64,000 nucleotides of DNA from Fimicolochytrium jonesii (Eukaryota): the NCBI RefSeq assembly GCF_025526975.1, contig NW_026515672.1, positions 310,001 through 374,000 on the forward strand, given 5' to 3'. The notes below the pieces were generated by a model. It saw nothing but the letters and a program-made list of their open reading frames with translations. It made no database searches and was not told the origin of the DNA. Both the position numbers and the translations under genes were made by a program. This document shows, in pieces, positions 57,398-64,000 of the stretch (positions are counted from its first letter, which is position 1; each line of letters begins with the position of its first letter).

Positions 57398-58111
57398 TTA
57401 TGACACAGCGGCATGAGGCGCTATCGTGACCGGATTCCTCCTAAAATGACGAGCAACAGCCGAAATCCTCTCAATCGCAATCTGCCGTGCTTTCGCCGCC
57501 CTGACCCCCAACGTTGCCAAGAACCCGCCCTGCGCCAACGCGTGCGCGTAACTAGCCTCCATAGCCGCCTCCTTCTCTTCTTCCGCGTCGGCTGTTTCTA
57601 TGGAACGGATGCTCTGGCTGTCGGTTTCGCGTTGTAGCGATGGTGATGGTGATGGTATCGTGCGTGTATTGATGAGCGGAAGTGGCGACAGTTGCATTGC
57701 TGTTGTCGTCCGGGTGATCCTACTATCCACGCTGGCTTTTCGAACCACCCCACCAGTACACCAATCGTCCCAATCCGCCTCGTTTGAGAGTCGTCTCCCG
57801 CGTGCCTTTCGTCCTCTCCAACGTCCATCCGATACTTCTTCGGACTCTTCCATCATGGCTAGCTCGTAGGCGTTGGGTAGTGGTAAGTCTTGCGGGAGCG
57901 ATGGGACGGAAAGCGATGTGGACGGTTGGCATGACTGTGATAATGCAGAGAAGCTGGGTATGGAGGGCGTGGGAAACCGATATTGTGTTGAGCTGGTGGT
58001 CGCTGTTGAGGAAGCAGGTGGGAAATATGGAGCTGCCGATGAAGAAGAGCCCACATTTGGGCGGCGAGCTCGGGTTGCGCAAGACACGGCGGATATGCTT
58101 CGTTGTGCCAT
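57398..58111 (-). CDS. Hypothetical Ser/Pro/Arg-rich protein
   Basis: Intronless ~237-codon ORF from ATG 58111 with protein-like composition and a helical C-terminus; no recognisable domain. Confidence 0.5.
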   Translation of the reverse strand: MAQRSISAVSCATRARRPNVGSSSSAAPYFPPASSTATTSSTQYRFPTPSIPSFSALSQSCQPSTSLSVPSLPQDLPLPNAYELAMMEESEEVSDGRWRGRKARGRRLSNEADWDDWCTGGVVRKASVDSRITRTTTAMQLSPLPLINTRTIPSPSPSLQRETDSQSIRSIETADAEEEKEAAMEASYAHALAQGGFLATLGVRAAKARQIAIERISAVARHFRRNPVTIAPHAAVS

Positions 58112-59505
58112 GGTATCGTTGTCAAGCACTTTCCCAGGACACCAAGATTGGCAGCAAGAAATAACGAAATGCCGCTGCAGCTGTGCCTCCTGCTATATGG
58201 CCCGTTAACTTATAACGACCTTCTGTTGTGATGTGAGTATGCAGCAGCGCCTCCACGGATATAGCGTCTCATGTTTGTTGTTCAGCCAGACGTGCTGAAG
58301 AAAGCTTCCTTGTGTGTCTCCTTTGCGCCTTGCCCTTTGCCCTTTCTTTGCTCACGGGGAAGAAAGCGGAAGGAGAAGCGGAGGAGCCTTGCAAGAGCCC
58401 TGGGAAAAGCAAGTCGGCGCGCAGAGCGCACACTCCGACAGCTGGGAACACGGTCACGCGGGCAGGCGACGCGCGGGTTCATCCGTGCCGCAATCTCGGA
58501 CATATGTCCCACGCCGCGCGCTCACATGTGAAAATTCATCCCCGTCTAAAAACTGATCTTGGCGCGTTCCTCTCTTGAGTGCGTGCCCATCGCCAGCGCG
58601 TACTATGTCTCAGAGAATCGACAGCTTTCTCCAGCCAAACCGGGGCATCAAGGATGGAAAGCTCTTCTGCATTTTCCGAAAAGCCAACATGACAGTCAGG
58701 CGAATAGCATTTCTCCCGACACCGATTATGTGTGTATACATCCTTGGGTGTTGCTGGGTTTCCCCTGACCGATGATGCAGCAGCGGCTCGAGACCCCACG
58801 GATAAGTGCTTGCCGTATTGCATGTCATGTGCCGCGTCCAATGCATGCTACAAGACGGAATATTCACAACGCCGAGCGACGTTTCTGGTTTCGCAGAGGA
58901 ACTGGGATATGTTGGGATTTTGTACCACATTGACCACCCCAGGGAACTAGGGAATGAAACGACCTTGCCATTTATGCCAGAGATGAACTGCAAAACCTGA
59001 AGGTCTAGTTCATCTCATTGCGTGCCTGCCACCGACCTCCGCTTAGCCAATGGGTTGCGCCGCGAAGGCGATGATTTCGTTGCAGACCGCGTGGGCGTTG
59101 TTGAAGGCGACGATCGAAGCAAGCTACTTGACGCCATCGGGGTTGACCTTTGATGGAGATACAGGAGCGTCGCCTTTGTCTTATTTATTACCCTCGCGGC
59201 TCGTCAGGGTAGCACACATGTGAACCAATTTCAGGTGTTGTTGGCTTGAGGGCGGCTCCCGCCGACGAGCACACAGTGGGTCAAGGCCGGATGGGAAATA
59301 TGGTGCCGGGGATTTCAGGTGCATCCTAGATTTGAAACCCTGTAGCAGCTAATCAGCCCACGGCCGGGTGGAACAACTTACATTGCTCGTCTGAGTGATC
59401 TTCAAAGCATCAGTTGGTTGTGCTTTCAGAGCGTGAATATGTACATATTAGGTTCTTTCAAATGGTCAGAGGACCCGTCGGTGATAGACCCCACCTCCGT
59501 TCCCA

Positions 59506-61336
59506 TCAAACGCCATTTGAGGGCGAAGAATTGAAGAGAGCATCCCAGACGACATCAGCAAGCACACCCAATTCGTCATCGAGTTCCTTGCGCAGTTCCG
59601 GTCCGTCGGTCGGTCCATGCCCAGTTGCGGTCCGTTCCTCGATAATGTTGCGGTAGTATTTTATTGCGATATCCTGTGGAATGGATTGCCAACCCTATGT
59701 TAGTATGCCACACCCGGGTGCATGCGCAAGGCGTTTTGAACGTGTACATACCACCGCGACCTCCCGACACTTGATCGCCTCCATTCTCCTTATGGCCTGC
59801 GGCACTGTCCCACCTTCCTCCATCTCATTAACCACCGCCTCCGTCAACTCGCCGATCATCCCCAGTTTCTTCTTCAGCACAATCCGCACTGCCTCGTCTC
59901 CCAGAGCCGCTAGACCGACGAAGCCACCATACCGTTGCGCGAAGCTTCTTGCGGGGTCGACGATGGCTTTGTAGAGCGTCTTGGAGACACGTGGTTGCAG
60001 ACTCTGGTAAGTTCCGCCGTAGGTGACGCAAATGTAGGAGGCGAGCTGGGAGGCGTATCTGCGGAGAGCCCAGTGGTCTTCGGTTGCTGGATCTTCGCAG
60101 AGGCGTTTGCCCACGATGCAGGACAGGATGTTGGGTATCAGTTGATGGAGCTAGGGAGGGGACAGAAGCGAAGGTCAGCTTCCATCATATGCAATACTGG
60201 CTCCCTGGCGACAAAGGGTATCAAAGTACGCAGTCACGTACGTATGGTTCAATAAATAGGTTGGCATTGTCGAGGAGGGCTCGGGCAAGGCGCATCATGG
60301 CGAAAGACATTGGCAACTTCTTCGTGTTCTCAGCAATCTGACAACAGGCGGAAATGAGTAAGAATTTACAGAGCAAAGCTCATTCGAAGGAAGCTGAGAT
60401 CCTTACCTGATCCCCGATGAACTGCACAAAGTAGGGGATCAAAGGCTGGATTCCGGGGTCTTTTGCAACACTTTGCAGCGACAGCGCTCTTAATTCCTCT
60501 GATTCACCCACAACTGCCTCTGTAACCTTCTCATAGTACAATTGCAGCTCCTTGGTAAGCACTGTCTTGACCAGAGGTTCGCGATGTGGTTGTGACGCTC
60601 TGCCTGCTTTCTGCACAAGGGCTGGATGCCGTGCTATTGAACGGAAAGGGTTAGTCTCAATGATGAGACAGATTTCCATGGATGTTCCAACCTTCGCTTT
60701 CCTTACCTGGCGGTGTAGGATTATGTACGGTTGCCGGTTGCACTCCATCGATGGCCAACCAATGTGACGTGTAGGTCACATCCAACGGTACAGGTGGTAG
60801 CGCTCTATTTAATATTTCCTCCAGGTCGACTTCTTGATCTTCCACATAAAAAAACGGCTGTGCCCCTTGCCCTATCATCTTGAATGTTGATGATTTGCCG
60901 GACGTCCACCCATACAACGGCTGCAATCGTAGGTACAAGCTCAGTTCAAAGTTCCATCAATCCCTCCATGAACGTGAATCATGCCCTCACCTCGACGTTG
61001 CGGACCCGTAACGCATGATTGACGTCCTCCGGATGCAGCTTATTCCTCTTCGCATGTCTCATAAACTTTCGTGCCTCCTACGCTCCAACAGTAAGATCAT
61101 CCTCTGTCGTCGCTAGACCGGGGTCGCAGGATCCACCCCAAACGCAGTAGATACCTACATGAACGACTTCTCGTAATCTATATTCGACATCCTGGACAAG
61201 GGCGACAGCTACGTCGTCTTTGATGGTTATGCCCGCCGAGTCTGCTATGGCCTGCGGACGTTGCAATGAGAATGTGGGAACCATGCTGAAGTCGAACGTC
61301 GCGTACCTGAATAGACTCCTTCGGAAAGATGCTCAT
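59506..61336 (-). CDS. TAF6: TFIID/SAGA subunit TAF6, multi-exon
   Basis: Histone fold 'DVEYRLREVVHEARKFMRHAKR..DVNHALRVRNVEPLYG', 'HWLAIDGVQP..NP', 'LTKELQLYY', 'DPGIQPLIPYFVQFI', 'HWALRRYASQL'. Confidence 0.95.
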
Positions 61337-61525
61337 TGCTGCTCAACAGCGTCGCTGTCGTTGAGAACGTTTCCTTGACGCTCTTGCTCGTCAAGTCAAA
61401 AAAGGTGTTGCTGTCCTTCGTTTGGAGACGGCCGAAACCACCGCCAGAGCCGCCAGTCTGCACAGTGCAGAGCCAATTGTCGAGGTGAACGCGGACTCGA
61501 GGCCCAGCACTATGTCCGGCTGCTA

Positions 61526-63247
61526 ATGGGCCTTACAAAGTTCTACGCAACACCGTGCTTCAGTCCCTTGCTATTTCGACGCCGCTGTCTAGTACCTTCC
61601 GGCAGGAGCTCGTCGACTGCTGTGTTTTGGAACCGCCGGCGAATGTTTAACCTCACAACACCAGGGAAGTGGGAATCACTGCGCGTCACCCCAGCCGATC
61701 TCCGCCTGGATACGACGTTGAACTGTGGACAAAGTTTTCGATGGGTCAAAACGGGAGAAGAAGAGTGGACCAGTGTATTGAAGGGCAAGATTGTCTCCTT
61801 GAGGCAGGAAGGTAGGTGTCGAGATTCCCAAGGATGCCCGCCTTGTACGCCTTGTTCACTTGCGATTTTACGATCACAGAGAGCGATATCCTCTTCAAAC
61901 TACATGAACAAACCGCAGGAGATGAATTTGCCACCACGGCTCCACTCGAATCCCAGGAGGCCTTTCGCCCAGTTCTGGAGGACTACTTCCAGCTGAACGT
62001 GGACTTGAAAGGGCTTTACGAGAAGTGGAAGATGGATTTGAACTTCAAGAAGAAAGCTTCCTTCTTTGCGGGAATCAGGATTCTAAGGTGGGCCGCTCAA
62101 TATATGAGGATCCGATTCGATGCTTAAGGATCTGAACAACGATGCTGCTACCGACGATAGGCAAGATCCGACTGAAAATGTATTCACGTTCATATGCTCG
62201 AGCTGCAATAATATACCACGGATCACTTCGATGGTAGGATGTCAAATGTTACTGGAAATGTTAGACTCCTATCTGACCGAAATGCGTCGCAGGTCAACAA
62301 CCTCTGCATCAACTATGGTCCTTACATCGGGACTGTGCCCGGACATCCACACCCATACCACGGCTTTCCAAGCGTAGCACGACTGGCGGGCGATGGCATG
62401 GAATCTGAACTTCGGAAGTTGGGATTTGGATATCGGGCAAAGTATATCATGAAGGCGGCGCAATACATAATGGAAAAAGAAACTGCTTTGAAGACGGATG
62501 CTGGGGATTCAAATGGCGGATGGCTAGAGAATTTAAGACACCTCCCCTATGAAGAGTGTCGAGCTGAACTTATCAAACTGGCCGGAGGTTCGTGGAACTT
62601 GGCAGCCTCTCCGGATGGGAATATGAAGGAAGCAACAGCGTTGACGCATGGTCTCCCGAATGACAAACAGTCGGACCGAAGGTGGCGGATTGCATCTGCC
62701 TGATGAGCATGGATAAACCCGGCGCTATCCCCGTCGATACCCATGTCTGGCAGGTACGTTGCCCGAGAGACGCCTTACGGTTTTCCCCAAGGAATAAATG
62801 CGCGAAAGGCGATGTCCTGACCTCACTCACGTTTTCTTGCAGATTGCCCAACGAGATTACAAGATGAAATTCCAAACTAGAGCAAAAACAAAATCATTAA
62901 CGCCAAAACACTATGTCGCCATCGGTGACTTTTTCCGTGACACCTTCGGCCCATTCGCGGGCTGGGCCCATTCAATTCTGTTCACCGCAGATCTAAACCA
63001 ATTTGCACAGCATGGACGTATTGAGAAGAAGGTGGCAATTCTTGATGAGATCCGGACCGAAGGCGAGGAGAAAATAAGTATAAAAGTAGAGGCAGCACAA
63101 GTAATCGGAAACGTGGAGGTCCCCGGAGACATGAAACGTGACCCTGACGTTACGGCAAGCAAGAAGTCCGAAGTCCACTTTGAGCCACCCAGCCATGTGT
63201 TTGCCGTCAAAACGGAGACGATGATGAATATACATAGAGCCGTATAG
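61526..63247 (+). CDS. OGG1: 8-oxoguanine DNA glycosylase/AP lyase (alternative starts at 61526 and 61643)
   Basis: '[15 protein letters not shown]', '[22 protein letters not shown]', '[10 protein letters not shown]', HhH '[12 protein letters not shown]', '[11 protein letters not shown]', '[13 protein letters not shown]'. Confidence 0.96.
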
Positions 63248-63299
63248 ACCCAAGGTCATGTAGCTAGGATAGACAGTCTGCGCTAGACTTAAGTCACAT

Positions 63300-64000
63300 T
63301 CATGACATGATAGCCGGTGGAAACCCTTTGGTGACTGCCAACGGCTTCAAGGACAGCCTATCGGGCTTCTTCACCTCCTTGCCCATGTTCTTGCCGCTAG
63401 GGGAAGACGCTGGCTTTGGGTCTCTCGCTTTGATCTTGTTCGTTTGTTTCCGGTTGGTTGTCGCATAGTTAGCAGGATTAGCTTGCTTGACTGTCACTGC
63501 TCGTCTAACGTTGAGTGAGGCCCGATTCGGTCGCGCATTTGATTGTGCATGATGAGTTTGTCGGCGAGCAATTGCAGAAGACCGCTTGTTTCGCAAGGGG
63601 AAGCCTGCCCCATCGGCGTCTAGATCGAGGGTAGAGCTTTGCTCCCTGATGTCCTCATCGCTGTCATCCTCGTTCCCTGAGTGCCGTCGATGATCATCGT
63701 CACTATCTGATTCCTCCTCAATTTCCTCTTCCCAGAGACCATCTTCAAGTAAAGCCATTTTCCTCCTGGTCCTCTTTCGACTCCGTGATCTTCTTGGCAG
63801 TGGCATTTCTACAAATGAGATGCGCGGTATCTCGTCGAGCTTCGCAGCTGTTTCTGCATCCGTAAACGTCACCCGGTCGAAAAGATCATGAATGAAGCGC
63901 CGCGCAGATAAGCGGAAGTGGTAGATAGACAGCATCGGAATGACGTGTCGGGTATATAGCGATGTCGACAAGAAGACATTGGGCGAGTCAGTCCGCAGCC
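63300..64000 (-). CDS. C-terminal exon of a probable RICTOR/Avo3 (TORC2 subunit); gene continues beyond the window
   Basis: 'PNVFLSTSLY..VIPMLSIYHFRLSARRFIHDLFDRV' resembles the conserved RICTOR C-terminal 'F.L..RRFI.(E/D)LF' motif; followed by an acidic/basic tail. Confidence 0.65.
   Translation of the reverse strand, partial: LRTDSPNVFLSTSLYTRHVIPMLSIYHFRLSARRFIHDLFDRVTFTDAETAAKLDEIPRISFVEMPLPRRSRSRKRTRRKMALLEDGLWEEEIEEESDSDDDHRRHSGNEDDSDEDIREQSSTLDLDADGAGFPLRNKRSSAIARRQTHHAQSNARPNRASLNVRRAVTVKQANPANYATTNRKQTNKIKARDPKPASSPSGKNMGKEVKKPDRLSLKPLAVTKGFPPAIMS

Noticed and set aside
58732..59000. Short Cys-containing ORFs between the hypothetical gene and TAF6
   Set aside because: Under 75 aa, overlapping frames, no recognisable motif or coherent exon structure.
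1..64000. CRISPR arrays, tRNA or rRNA genes, prokaryotic operons
   Set aside because: No spaced direct-repeat array, cloverleaf or rRNA-like segment was seen; the sequence is eukaryotic with spliceosomal introns.

Overview
Eukaryotic, intron-rich, gene-dense fungal DNA (short GT-AG introns). The gene content (PRPF38B, CSRP-type LIM protein, TypA/BipA, a probable FBF1-like centriolar protein) suggests an early-diverging, probably zoosporic (chytrid-like) fungus; that assignment is inference. About 22 host genes are supported: ATG9 (5'-partial), an MBL-fold lactonase-like hydrolase, NDUFV1, TMA20/MCTS1, NTE1, an acidic repeat protein, a membrane DnaJ protein, a DUF2231 protein, FBF1-like, a small 2-TM protein, a 2-LIM protein, a GPI-anchored L-domain/LRR protein, PRPF38B, CTP synthase, mitochondrial TypA/BipA, a triple CCCH-CCHC zinc-finger protein, ATG18, TRS20, RKI1, THI6, TAF6, OGG1 and the 3' end of RICTOR/AVO3. 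The standout is an intact, very young Ty3/Gypsy LTR retrotransposon (47652-53933, minus strand). It has identical 152-bp LTRs, a GCCCC target-site duplication, an iMet-type PBS and a PPT. A -1 frameshift signal (G GGU UUU plus a predicted H-type pseudoknot) joins gag to pol, followed by an unusually long transframe region, and pol ends in a degenerate chromodomain. The element is inserted into the 5' leader exon of THI6. Other leads: a possibly domesticated DIRS-gag-like zinc-finger array, an OCIA-like protein, a heavily spliced but apparently non-coding unit at 55.4-57.1 kb, microexons inside conserved motifs and dual-targeting N-terminal extensions. All homology calls are by-eye motif recognition, not database results, and exon boundaries are hand-inferred.
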